A stretch of DNA of 37,340 nucleotides from a virus (lineage: Duplodnaviria; Caudoviricetes), in the IMG/VR virus record IMGVR_UViG_3300020181_000008, positions 1-37,340 of that record, one strand, 5' to 3'. Under the pieces are notes generated by a model. The model was not told where the DNA came from, made no database searches, and saw only the letters and a list, made by a program, of their open reading frames with translations. This document shows, in pieces, positions 8,295 through 16,535 of this stretch; the first letter of the stretch is position 1; each line of letters begins with the position of its first letter. The translations under genes were made by a program, and so were the position numbers.

Positions 8295-9718
8295 TAAAGA
8301 TTCGCCATTAACTGTTGGTATGTATTATCAATAGTATCTTCTTTGACGCTTAATTCAATATCGCTGCCGGCCTTTTGGAACATACCCCAGCGCTGATGTA
8401 GCTCTGTCAGATCTTCCGGATTCCAGCCATTATGGACGTACCTAGTAATTAGTTTACCGTCTTGTCGGAAGGACGCGCGCTCAAACTCCATAATTTTAGC
8501 GGCGTGCGCGATGGCTTTTTTGCCTAGGGCCGTATAGCTTCGCTCGTCGCACCAGCGCTGATAGTCCTTAGCCAGCTCGGTAAAGTTTGTGAAGCCCCAG
8601 ATATCAGTAGCAACCAGCTCTTCGAAGTAAGTCTCGGCGGTGTTGACCTCTTCGTCATAGTCTTCCTTGGCTTTCAGGGTTTGCTCGCTGAAGTCGTAGC
8701 TGTAGCTAGCTTTTTTGATAGCTACTGTCGTTTCAAGTATTTCGCCTAACAGGTCTGATAAAAAGTTCTCTTTGGCAAAAAGTCTTTCATCGAAGGTACT
8801 GTCTTGCGGAAATGACGCCTTAAATGGAATAGTGAAGGTGCGGCGCCGGACACCCTGGGTTTTGTCGGCAAAGGTAGGAATATTATTGGCGTTGAAGATC
8901 GTGTGGACGTTGCCGTCTACCTGAACACCGTCTTGGCTGTTAAACTTGTGGACGTTAAAAGTGCTATGCTCGGCCAGATTCTTATAGCCGCCAGTGTCTT
9001 TGACGTGGCCGTCGTTGGACTCCAGGCAGACATTGCCTAGCTTGCCGTTAATCATTGGCGTATCGCGCTCGTCTTCGATCTGCCGGACCGTAAGCTGGCT
9101 AAACCAGCGATTGTGCGTGTACGGCGCTTCGGAGCCGAATATAGCGTACAGCGCCTTTAGCGTGGTTGATTTACCGTTAGCGCCGTTGCCCAAAAACCAG
9201 AACACGCCGAACGGCTTTTTATGCATAAATATTGGCGCGATTGCTTTAATAATATCGTCGGCCAGATCAGAGTCGCCAAGCGTAACTTCTTCTAGCCACT
9301 CCCGGTGTGAATTGCCATCTGTTGGATTGACTGCCGTAGTATAGACGCAGTCTTCGGCCGCTACTCTGGTCGTAAACTTGAGCGTTTTCATATTCCAAAC
9401 TCGGCCATTAGGCATGGCTATATAGTGAGCATATTTAGTGAGATCTTCGGAGCTAGTAAAAAATAAGTGTTGAAGGTCTTTGATCTGGGTTTGGCGTATG
9501 CCAGCACCATGAACGGTATAGCAGATCCGGGCAAACTCATCATAAGATAGCGGCTCCCAGCCCTCGTTGGCTCGGTACAGGACCGCGCCCCTGAATCGGA
9601 CTATTCGATATTTTTGCTTAATTAACTGAGCCTGACGCTGTTTAAGCGACATTTTTTGCTCGGTGTTAGTAAGCTCTTCAGCCGACTTCTTCGCTATGTC
9701 TTTCTCGTCTTCTGCCAT
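8294..9718 (-). CDS. SF3 (D5/P4-primase-type) replicative helicase
   Basis: Walker A GNGANGKST, motif C FNANNIP, RRTFTIPF, and a C-terminal wHTH (YQRWCDE). No primase catalytic domain recognised. Confidence 0.88.
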   Translation of the reverse strand: MAEDEKDIAKKSAEELTNTEQKMSLKQRQAQLIKQKYRIVRFRGAVLYRANEGWEPLSYDEFARICYTVHGAGIRQTQIKDLQHLFFTSSEDLTKYAHYIAMPNGRVWNMKTLKFTTRVAAEDCVYTTAVNPTDGNSHREWLEEVTLGDSDLADDIIKAIAPIFMHKKPFGVFWFLGNGANGKSTTLKALYAIFGSEAPYTHNRWFSQLTVRQIEDERDTPMINGKLGNVCLESNDGHVKDTGGYKNLAEHSTFNVHKFNSQDGVQVDGNVHTIFNANNIPTFADKTQGVRRRTFTIPFKASFPQDSTFDERLFAKENFLSDLLGEILETTVAIKKASYSYDFSEQTLKAKEDYDEEVNTAETYFEELVATDIWGFTNFTELAKDYQRWCDERSYTALGKKAIAHAAKIMEFERASFRQDGKLITRYVHNGWNPEDLTELHQRWGMFQKAGSDIELSVKEDTIDNTYQQLMANL

Positions 9719-9781
9719 TGGTACCCTCTATTCTACCCCTGCGCTAATGCTTTTGCACGACACTATATCTGTGGTATGCGA

Positions 9782-9961
9782 CTAGCTTGCTTGCGCTAGA
9801 TCCCAGTGTTCCTGTTTAATGTGCCGCCCTAGCACGCTTTTATTTCGATGAGCAAACCAGCAATGCGGACAGTGGTATTGGACGACAGCTCGGTCTTTGC
9901 CAGCCTTGGCCGGGTCATATCCTAAGATGCCCGGATTGCGTTTTTTACCTAATTCAGCCAT
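9782..9961 (-). CDS. 59-aa C2H2 zinc-finger protein
   Basis: MAELGKKRNPGILGYDPAKAGKDRAVVQYHCPHCWFAHRNKSVLGRHIKQEHWDLAQAS: Y-x-C-x2-C-x12-H-x4-H; start overlaps the upstream HNH gene. Confidence 0.7.
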   Translation of the reverse strand: MAELGKKRNPGILGYDPAKAGKDRAVVQYHCPHCWFAHRNKSVLGRHIKQEHWDLAQAS

Positions 9962-10340
9962 TTATCATAGTCCTGTGAGTAATAGGGTCCTTATCGTTTT
10001 TCTCGCAGTTGTCAGCAAAACTGAGCCACTGGATATTATCTAAAGTATACCCTTTTTTTGGATCTATACGGTCAATACTGGGTGAATCCCAGCGATTGAA
10101 TCCGTTAGCTGCCCAGTCAAAATAAAGTGTTATGAAAACATTTAGATTTTGAAAGTCCTTACACCAGGCTATGAACTCTTCTTGTGTGCAAATTGGCTTG
10201 CCCTTAGCGCCGTTGCTCTGATGGCTCGCCACTCCGCGTTGACGAGCCAGCATATGAGCATAGCGTTTCTGCCAGATCCGGATAAAGTTATACCGGCGTT
10301 GCTCTGTCTGATAGGCAAGCGACCGTACCCTCTCGGCCAT
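9954..10340 (-). CDS. HNH-like endonuclease
   Basis: PSIDRIDPKKGYTLDNIQWLSFADN motif. Confidence 0.8.
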   Translation of the reverse strand: MAERVRSLAYQTEQRRYNFIRIWQKRYAHMLARQRGVASHQSNGAKGKPICTQEEFIAWCKDFQNLNVFITLYFDWAANGFNRWDSPSIDRIDPKKGYTLDNIQWLSFADNCEKNDKDPITHRTMING

Positions 10341-10348
10341 ACCGCCCC

Positions 10349-10579
10349 CTATTTATTCAGTTCTTTTTGAACCTTCTTTTTAAACTCTTCCTGGCCTTGA
10401 GCATCACGCCGTTCGAAGTATTCTTTAAGCGCCAGCCGGACCACTTTACTGCGGTCCAGCTCCGGATCAGATTGAACTTCTTTTTCCAGCCTGTTAAATA
10501 TAGTCATGTCGCCACCCTTTGCAAGATTGACCCCGATGAAGCCAGCTTGAGTTTGGCGTTTTCGTTTCTTCTCCGCCAT
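10349..10579 (-). CDS. Ribbon-helix-helix-like DNA-binding protein
   Basis: FIGVNL strand then DRSKVVRLALKEYFE helix; ATG at 10579 directly after the upstream stop. Confidence 0.65.
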   Translation of the reverse strand: MAEKKRKRQTQAGFIGVNLAKGGDMTIFNRLEKEVQSDPELDRSKVVRLALKEYFERRDAQGQEEFKKKVQKELNK

Positions 10580-10580
10580 G

Positions 10581-11150
10581 CTAAATATCCAGGTCGTCTG
10601 GCAAGTCAGAGTTATCAACCACTGAGCCGCCTACATCTTTAGCAACCTTTTGAGCTTCATCTTCCGGCTCGCCTTGTGGCTTGGCCGCGTAGTGCCAGAT
10701 GTCGCCATAGCTGGTAGTTTTATATTTGCCCTGTGGCTCCGCGACTAGGAAGGCTTTTTTACCGATCATTTTGTCAGTAAGTAACTTGGCAGCCACGTCG
10801 CGCGCTTCAGCTAGATCTTTGATGTCAGCGAACAGCTTGCGGCCCAGATTGCGGACGGTGTCTTTCTTCTCTTCACCGACATTATGGACCAGAATACCTA
10901 GTACCTTAGCAACGGCCATCTGAGCGCCGCCCTCGGTATGGAAGTACAGAGTACAGATAGCGGTCTTGTCGCCGTCATCTGGATCCGCAACGGTAATATT
11001 GATGATTGGAGCGCCTTTAGTGGCTTTAACGTCCTTTTCGGTAGCTTCCACTTCACCGATAATCACTTCATGCGTGCCGTATTCGAAGCCTTTGCCGCCC
11101 TTGAACGGCTCGCCTACGTTATCAATTATGTCGTCAAATAATCCTGCCAT
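10581..11150 (-). CDS. Phage ssDNA-binding protein (probable)
   Basis: Follows a Sak4-like ATPase; OB-like N-terminus (GTHEVIIGEVE) and acidic tail SDLPDDLDI. Confidence 0.65.
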   Translation of the reverse strand: MAGLFDDIIDNVGEPFKGGKGFEYGTHEVIIGEVEATEKDVKATKGAPIINITVADPDDGDKTAICTLYFHTEGGAQMAVAKVLGILVHNVGEEKKDTVRNLGRKLFADIKDLAEARDVAAKLLTDKMIGKKAFLVAEPQGKYKTTSYGDIWHYAAKPQGEPEDEAQKVAKDVGGSVVDNSDLPDDLDI

Positions 11151-11765
11151 TTATTTTTTATCCCCCTTATAGTAAGCATTAATTTTATCATTTACGACCT
11201 TAAGGTCATTAGGAACGGTAGCCGCATCAAACATATCCATTGGCGACTTTACGCCGGTACCGTCAGTTTTGACCTTAAAGACGAACTCGTCCAGCTCGAC
11301 CGCAGATTGGAATACAATATTGGTCCAGCCTTCCGGATTATTGTTTTTGCGTGTAGCCTGGCCCAACGTCTTAAGCGCCAGGGTTTTAGACTCCAGGTCT
11401 TCCAAGTGGCCGAACAGGTAGAAGTTTTGCTCGGTGTCTTTATTCAAAATTGCCTGGACAATCTTATAAAAGTCCTTCGAGATCTTATCATAGACGTCCC
11501 ACTTGTCGGTCTTTTCCGATGCGCCAAAGACTTCTTTAGTAAATAGGTAATTGACGTCATCAATAACGACAATAGGCTTTTTGGCGGCCTGGATCATCTT
11601 AACCACCTCTTCCATACTTTTAACGGTATGAGCCTTGATGCTATTGCGAAACGGTAGCTCCTTGCCGGTAGCCGTAATATAGGCGACCTCGTCGTTTTTC
11701 AGTTTGTGCAAGCTGGTAGACTTGCCGGTGCCGGGGTGTCCCAGCACAAATATTAATCGGGCCAT
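11151..11765 (-). CDS. Sak4-like / AAA_24 recombination ATPase
   Basis: GHPGTGKST, KELPF, IVVIDD, KSPMDMF; ATG at 11765. Confidence 0.85.
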   Translation of the reverse strand: MARLIFVLGHPGTGKSTSLHKLKNDEVAYITATGKELPFRNSIKAHTVKSMEEVVKMIQAAKKPIVVIDDVNYLFTKEVFGASEKTDKWDVYDKISKDFYKIVQAILNKDTEQNFYLFGHLEDLESKTLALKTLGQATRKNNNPEGWTNIVFQSAVELDEFVFKVKTDGTGVKSPMDMFDAATVPNDLKVVNDKINAYYKGDKK

Positions 11766-11769
11766 ATTA

Positions 11770-12135
11770 TTACTTTCTCCTTCGCTTTTTACTTCTCTCA
11801 ATAGTAGCTTCAGCCGTTAGAGCGCGAGCCTTCCAGTCATCACGATCCGCGGTCCGCTCGATCTCTTGATCGCGGACTTCGATACGCTTGACCAGGTTTT
11901 CAATCTTACGGCCAAGACCTTCGTTTGCCCCTAAGAGCTGGCCGGACTGGTGAGCAAGCTCTATTGCCTTAGCTACTAGTGGATCAAGCTGTTTTTTGGC
12001 TATTTGCTTACGCAAACGGTGTCTGCGCTCTTCGCCAGCACGCATATCGCGAGCCATCATATCTAACGCTTCGTCAGCCCGTTCAAGCTCGCGCTCTAGA
12101 TCTAGATCGTCATCTTCGGGATAAAAGGTTGCCAT
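11770..12135 (-). CDS. Hypothetical coiled-coil protein
   Basis: Charged helical ORF, coupled within the operon. Confidence 0.6.
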   Translation of the reverse strand: MATFYPEDDDLDLERELERADEALDMMARDMRAGEERRHRLRKQIAKKQLDPLVAKAIELAHQSGQLLGANEGLGRKIENLVKRIEVRDQEIERTADRDDWKARALTAEATIERSKKRRRK

Positions 12136-12515
12136 TATTTTTTACCGCCCTTCTTGACTGCTTTACGTTTTGCTGGCTCAGGCTTTTTAGCGAGCTTGAC
12201 GCTGGCCTGGGTGTGTCTTTCGACTAGGTCCAGATGGTCCATGATCTGTTCGACCTTTTCAATAAGCGTAAGTCTTTTAAGATTGCCTTTAGCTGATACA
12301 CGACCAGCAAAGCCCGCAAAATAATGAGCCAACATACTGTCCATGACGCTTGGGGCATCTTGGCCAATTGTGTCTTCGAGCGCCTTAAGGCGATCATTGT
12401 CAGAGCGTAGCTTAGAGTAGTCCCGGTGCAAAAACTCGCCATGCGTTTTAGTTTGGCGCTCCAGATGGTCCAGGCGCTTAATAATTTGATTGTAGTTTTT
12501 CCTGCGAATAAACAT
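12135..12515 (-). CDS. Hypothetical protein
   Basis: SD AAGGAG, in operon. Confidence 0.65.
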   Translation of the reverse strand: MFIRRKNYNQIIKRLDHLERQTKTHGEFLHRDYSKLRSDNDRLKALEDTIGQDAPSVMDSMLAHYFAGFAGRVSAKGNLKRLTLIEKVEQIMDHLDLVERHTQASVKLAKKPEPAKRKAVKKGGKK

Positions 12516-12528
12516 TTAGCTCTCCTTC

Positions 12529-12741
12529 TTAAATTACTTCTATTTTTGGACGCCAGAATACAGGCGCCCAGGCTTCGGGCGTAGTACAGCCTTGTTTGAC
12601 AACTTTAATGGCACGCTTTTCTCTGTCCAGGCCAAGAAAAATACCATCAACCATAGCGCGCCGCTTAAACGTACTGCGCTGGTGAGGTGTCGGCTTTAGC
12701 CGGGCTCCCCATTGAAGTTTTTTGGCTTGCTCGATGGTCAT
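12529..12741 (-). CDS. Hypothetical small protein (possibly SH3-like)
   Basis: ATGA-coupled; MTIEQAKKLQWG start. Confidence 0.55.
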   Translation of the reverse strand: MTIEQAKKLQWGARLKPTPHQRSTFKRRAMVDGIFLGLDREKRAIKVVKQGCTTPEAWAPVFWRPKIEVI

Positions 12742-13103
12742 TGCTTAACCTCTTCGATCTGAACGGTGCCAGGGTAGTCCTTGCCGCTCTGGTCGTCAAA
12801 ATGGCCTACAACGACAGGCTTGCCGTCCACGACCTTAACGATGGTGCCATGCTTGTATACGCCGGAGCCAACGCCGGTGTAGAGTTTAAGTGTGTATTTA
12901 GCTTCCGCCATATCAACCCTTTCGTTTATGCACCGAACCGGCGCGTCTTTAACATTATGCCAACTGCAAGGTGTCCAATTAAGCCAGGCCAGTCGGATTC
13001 CAAAAATAACCAAAAGTATCGCAGCAATAGCTAGTATAGCCAGAACTGCTATACCTATCGAGGTTTCGGCTTCGCGTGGTGAGTGGCGTCCAGTGTCCGA
13101 CAT
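12738..13103 (-). CDS. Membrane-anchored hypothetical protein
   Basis: N-terminal TM helix followed by a Cys pair. Confidence 0.6.
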   Translation of the reverse strand: MSDTGRHSPREAETSIGIAVLAILAIAAILLVIFGIRLAWLNWTPCSWHNVKDAPVRCINERVDMAEAKYTLKLYTGVGSGVYKHGTIVKVVDGKPVVVGHFDDQSGKDYPGTVQIEEVKQ

Positions 13104-13498
13104 TATTCTGCCAGCTCTATCTTCTTAGTGATGTACTGAGTTTCGGTAGTAACAACACCGGCTGGCAACTCGCCAGTAAGCGTATGCTGGGCCTTGATTT
13201 TCTCGGTGTCAGGAGCCAGCTTTTTGAACTGGTCATCAAGCTCGTCCGGATCAGTAACTTTATAATTGGTGCGCGACGCCAGGGTGATGTAGCCTGTAAT
13301 CCCGGTTAGCTCTGGATCGAACTCGATCTTAGGCACATTGGCGTCTATCATGGCCTGTTTGATAGTTTCGGTAGCTTCTTTGGCTTCCTTCTCGGCGGCC
13401 TTGAGCTGCATTTCCAGCTTGGCATATTTGCGTAAAGCCGCCACCGCCTTTTTGGTGTTCGGATTCTTTACTAATTGCGTTGATTGGTTTGCGGTCAT
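13103..13498 (-). CDS. Coiled-coil protein, Gam/Gp157-like
   Basis: Long N-terminal coiled coil and PDTEKIKA...TGELPAGV C-terminus; SD AAGGAG. Confidence 0.5.
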   Translation of the reverse strand: MTANQSTQLVKNPNTKKAVAALRKYAKLEMQLKAAEKEAKEATETIKQAMIDANVPKIEFDPELTGITGYITLASRTNYKVTDPDELDDQFKKLAPDTEKIKAQHTLTGELPAGVVTTETQYITKKIELAE

Positions 13499-13506
13499 AT
13501 CTCTCC

Positions 13507-13761
13507 TTAATCTAATAATTTATAAAGTTCTTCTTCGACGCTTGGCGACTCCGCGACTGGCTCCGGGGTCCGGTAGCGATCTTCAATGCTTTGATGCATC
13601 GCTTGGCCCTTTGGCGCGTCGTCCGGGCAATACCATTTGGATTTACCCAGGAGCTTGATGCGCCACCAGCCGTCGTGGTCGGTGCCGGGTTTAACGAAGC
13701 CGCGCTTTCCGCAAGTCCTACATTTAACCGGCAAGCCGATTTCTAGCAGCGCGTGGTCCAT
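13507..13761 (-). CDS. Small Cys-motif protein
   Basis: CRTC...WYCP; likely ATG at 13761 coupled to a 20-codon upstream ORF (TAATG). Confidence 0.55.
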   Translation of the reverse strand: MDHALLEIGLPVKCRTCGKRGFVKPGTDHDGWWRIKLLGKSKWYCPDDAPKGQAMHQSIEDRYRTPEPVAESPSVEEELYKLLD

Positions 13762-13866
13762 TACTTCACGCGAACTTTGATCTTGTGAGTAGATGGAATG
13801 TGTTTGACTTCGATTTTTTTCACCCTCGACCACCTTTCTGTTTAGCGTTCCTTGCTGAACCTCTTA

Positions 13867-13895
13867 AGCCTATCAAATATATTAAAATATGTCAA
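13867..13895 (-). promoter_or_regulatory. Early promoter P2
   Basis: TTGACA-17-TAGGCT; shares AAACTATTGACATAyTTTAAT with the promoter at 19872-19900. Confidence 0.75.
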
Positions 13896-13903
13896 TAGTT
13901 TCT

Positions 13904-14344
13904 TTAGGCTTCTTTTACAACATTTTCATTGGTAATCGTGATCGTGAACTTCACACCTAGCTTTTGCATATCAGCTACGAAGCCGTTAATATCTGGGTTA
14001 TGTCTACCCTCAACGACTTCAGGGTCTAGATTCGACGGCTCGCTATTAGCCGGTTTCTTAACCCGGACGGATCCAACCACCGAATAATATATACTCCTAG
14101 GCTTGTCGCCTTCGTGCTTCATGATGACGCCATCGCGGATCATACGCTTTACGAAGGAGTGAGCATTAGCGCTGGTACTAAACTGACCTACGCGCTGTAA
14201 TTCTCCGGTCTTGATATATTCTCCGGCTGGCTTTGATTGTATGTATTCAATTATTAGCTTGCGCCGCAAATTAGTTTTCTTGGTTTTATTTAAATGATTT
14301 AGATCGTATATCTTCCCACCAAGACTAATTCTGCTTGCTTCCAT
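13904..14344 (-). CDS. Winged-helix DNA-binding protein (probable)
   Basis: IIEYIQSKP...ELQR...AHSFVKRMIRDGVI...IYYSV pattern. Confidence 0.6.
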   Translation of the reverse strand: MEASRISLGGKIYDLNHLNKTKKTNLRRKLIIEYIQSKPAGEYIKTGELQRVGQFSTSANAHSFVKRMIRDGVIMKHEGDKPRSIYYSVVGSVRVKKPANSEPSNLDPEVVEGRHNPDINGFVADMQKLGVKFTITITNENVVKEA

Positions 14345-14457
14345 CAGTCCATTACCTCTATTAGCGCTTTTAATATAACAGCAAGTTCGGCGCGCTGTAC
14401 CGGAACGTGCTGCTTTAATGGATCTTCGAGATCCTTGATTAATTCAAGGATACTCAC
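14344..14457 (-). CDS. 37-aa hypothetical protein
   Basis: GTGA and TGATG coupling to both neighbours. Confidence 0.5.
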   Translation of the reverse strand: MSILELIKDLEDPLKQHVPVQRAELAVILKALIEVMD

Positions 14458-14588
14458 TCCACAAACCCTTCACATACTATATTATCAGGGCAGTCAAGGC
14501 AGCCACTAAAAACGGTATGCCTTCGCCGGGTATGACCACAGTTTTTACACTTCTGATCTTCGTTTACTGGTTTGCCTTCCTTTTGCAT
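14454..14588 (-). CDS. 44-aa Cys/His-rich zinc-binding microprotein
   Basis: MQKEGKPVNEDQKCKNCGHTRRRHTVFSGCLDCPDNSMCEGFVE; SD GGAG. Confidence 0.65.
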   Translation of the reverse strand: MQKEGKPVNEDQKCKNCGHTRRRHTVFSGCLDCPDNIVCEGFVE

Positions 14589-14590
14589 AA

Positions 14591-14653
14591 TTATCTCCAA
14601 TCTTTATGCTTAGGTAATATCTTGCGAAGTATGCCCCGCAATAGTTTTCTCAT
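14591..14653 (-). CDS. 20-aa basic amphipathic peptide
   Basis: MRKLLRGILRKILPKHKDWR; ATGA overlap with the helicase stop, SD AAGGAG. Confidence 0.4.
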   Translation of the reverse strand: MRKLLRGILRKILPKHKDWR

Positions 14654-15888
14654 GCGACTCCTTTCAATTGTTTATCGAACTTAGCAATATCCTGATCCAT
14701 AGTTAGGGCCTGTTCGTTTAGGCCAGCTAAATATAGACCGTCAAGACTTCGAACGCGACTCAGGGCTACATAGCCCATGCCTGGCGTAAATGCCTGGCTC
14801 AGATCAATCAGGGCAGAATCCAGGCTCATGCCCTGGCTCTTGTGGACCGTAACGGCCCAGGCCAAGCGCAAGGGGTATTGTGAGACTTCGGCTATCACGC
14901 GGCGGCCATTGTCGCTGTAAGTCTTCCAGCTATGTTCGTGGACCGCGATGTCATCACCGTCAGTAGTGTGGACCACCGGCTGGCCATTATCTCGGAACCG
15001 GATCACCCGGCCCCGCGTACCGTTGACGAAGCCTTCATTAAAATTATTGGCGCAAAACATCACTTCGGCGCCGACTTTAAGCTCTAGCACTTCAGGCACT
15101 AACAGGCTACGCTTCATGGCCGCAATCTTGTATTTATCGCCGCTAGTTATCATCTGGAAGCGCCGCGTCTCGCCTGGCAATTGCAATAAGCGCTGCCGAT
15201 TCAGAGCATCTACATCTACGTTGTGAGTATAGAGCCGGGTTATACGCTCATCATCAGGTGGTAGCTTGCGGCTCGCAAGGCGCTGTCTTGACTCGACCGT
15301 TAGCTTACCGGCCCGCATTTCTCTTAACACGTTAAGTAAATTATCATCAGCTCCCTGGCGGTGTTGCTCAGTTAAGTAGCAAGTCTCCAGCTCTGCGCTC
15401 TTCCAGGCGTCCGACAGATGCACATAGTCAATCCGGCTTGAGCCTTTAGTAACCGGCGGCAACTGGAATAGATCGCCTACGAATATTACTTGTAGGCCAC
15501 CGAAGGGCTTTTTGGTACGCCGAAGCCATTGGGCCACGCGATCTACCATATCGAGCCGCGAGCCATGAAGCATTGAGATCTCATCAATAATCAAAATGTC
15601 GCAAGCATTATATTTTTCAAGCAGATATGGCTTGAAGCTCATCTTATCAATTTCCCAGTCGTTAATAGTGTCGCGGATCCCCAGTCCGGACCAGCTATGG
15701 ATTGTCTGGCCGTTAATATGGCTGGCGGCAATACCGGTGCTGGCTGTAATTGCTATCCGCTTGCCGGAGTTTCGCGCCCAGCGTATGAACTCGTTAAGCG
15801 TATACGTTTTACCGGCTCCCGGCTCGCCAGTCAGGAATATATTATCCCCGGCGATCATTTTGTCTATGGCTTCTTGCTGTGTCATCAC
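14650..15888 (-). CDS. PIF1/RecD-like SF1B helicase
   Basis: GEPGAGKT, ASTGIAA, IIDEISM, PFGGLQ, GDLFQLPPV, QYPLRLAWAVTVHKSQG, YVALSR. Confidence 0.95.
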   Translation of the reverse strand: MMTQQEAIDKMIAGDNIFLTGEPGAGKTYTLNEFIRWARNSGKRIAITASTGIAASHINGQTIHSWSGLGIRDTINDWEIDKMSFKPYLLEKYNACDILIIDEISMLHGSRLDMVDRVAQWLRRTKKPFGGLQVIFVGDLFQLPPVTKGSSRIDYVHLSDAWKSAELETCYLTEQHRQGADDNLLNVLREMRAGKLTVESRQRLASRKLPPDDERITRLYTHNVDVDALNRQRLLQLPGETRRFQMITSGDKYKIAAMKRSLLVPEVLELKVGAEVMFCANNFNEGFVNGTRGRVIRFRDNGQPVVHTTDGDDIAVHEHSWKTYSDNGRRVIAEVSQYPLRLAWAVTVHKSQGMSLDSALIDLSQAFTPGMGYVALSRVRSLDGLYLAGLNEQALTMDQDIAKFDKQLKGVA

Positions 15889-16184
15889 TCCCCCTTTGAA
15901 TTATTATCTTTTGGCCAATCACATAAATATTCTTGCCTAAATAGATCAGGGCCGTCCGGTCTGGGTGCTTTAATCTTGTCCAGCTCGGCTTGCATTTCTG
16001 GCGTCCAATCCTGATATTCTTCAAAATAAACGATCTTATGATCTATGCGCTTCTTGTTTAGCTTAAGCCAGGTTTCAGTATCAATGGCCACGAACTCAGG
16101 GTGAACATATATAAATGTTTTGCCCTCTTGCGCCCACTTCAGGCACTTAGTAAACGCCTTCCAAGTTTTGCCAGCATAATTCAT
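15885..16184 (-). CDS. 99-aa protein carrying terminase-ATPase-like motifs
   Basis: AGKT, FIYVHP, KIVYFEEY, TPEMQAEL and LFRQEYLCDW in the same order as in TerL; coupled to both neighbours. Confidence 0.65.
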   Translation of the reverse strand: MNYAGKTWKAFTKCLKWAQEGKTFIYVHPEFVAIDTETWLKLNKKRIDHKIVYFEEYQDWTPEMQAELDKIKAPRPDGPDLFRQEYLCDWPKDNNSKGE

Positions 16185-16372
16185 TTGACTTCCTTAAGCT
16201 GAAACTCTATTACCGTTGTCTCGATACCGGCAGTACCATCTTCAAGCCAATACTGTTTGGGGTACCAAATCCTAAAAGCATCAAGCGCGACCCACTGAAG
16301 CGAGTTCGGATTCTTGCGATAATACTTAAGAGCCGCTTGAGCTTCTTTGCCTAAATCTTGTTTACGCATCAT
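16181..16372 (-). CDS. 63-aa hypothetical protein (TerL N-terminus-like segment)
   Basis: YYRKNP...WYPKQ; ATGA-coupled to the next gene. Confidence 0.55.
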   Translation of the reverse strand: MMRKQDLGKEAQAALKYYRKNPNSLQWVALDAFRIWYPKQYWLEDGTAGIETTVIEFQLKEVK

Positions 16373-16535
16373 CTGTCCCCTTTATATCGGCTTCAACCAC
16401 CGAAACACTATTAACGCCAGTAATAACGATCCCAGTAATGCCTTTGTAGCCTTCAATTGGCGTACAGACTCGGCAACTAGGGTTATGTGTGTGAATAACC
16501 CCGGCTTGCTCGTATAATTCTTCTACGCGCGCCAT
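16362..16535 (-). CDS. 57-aa HxH/CxxC microprotein
   Basis: MARVEELYEQAGVIHTHNPSCRVCTPIE...; TAATG coupling; fills the operon gap. Confidence 0.5.
   Translation of the reverse strand: MARVEELYEQAGVIHTHNPSCRVCTPIEGYKGITGIVITGVNSVSVVEADIKGTDDA

Noticed and set aside
12529-12741. Another terminase mimic (KPTPHQ, IFLGLD)
   Set aside because: The motifs are too short, and the overall pattern fits a small SH3-like phage protein better.
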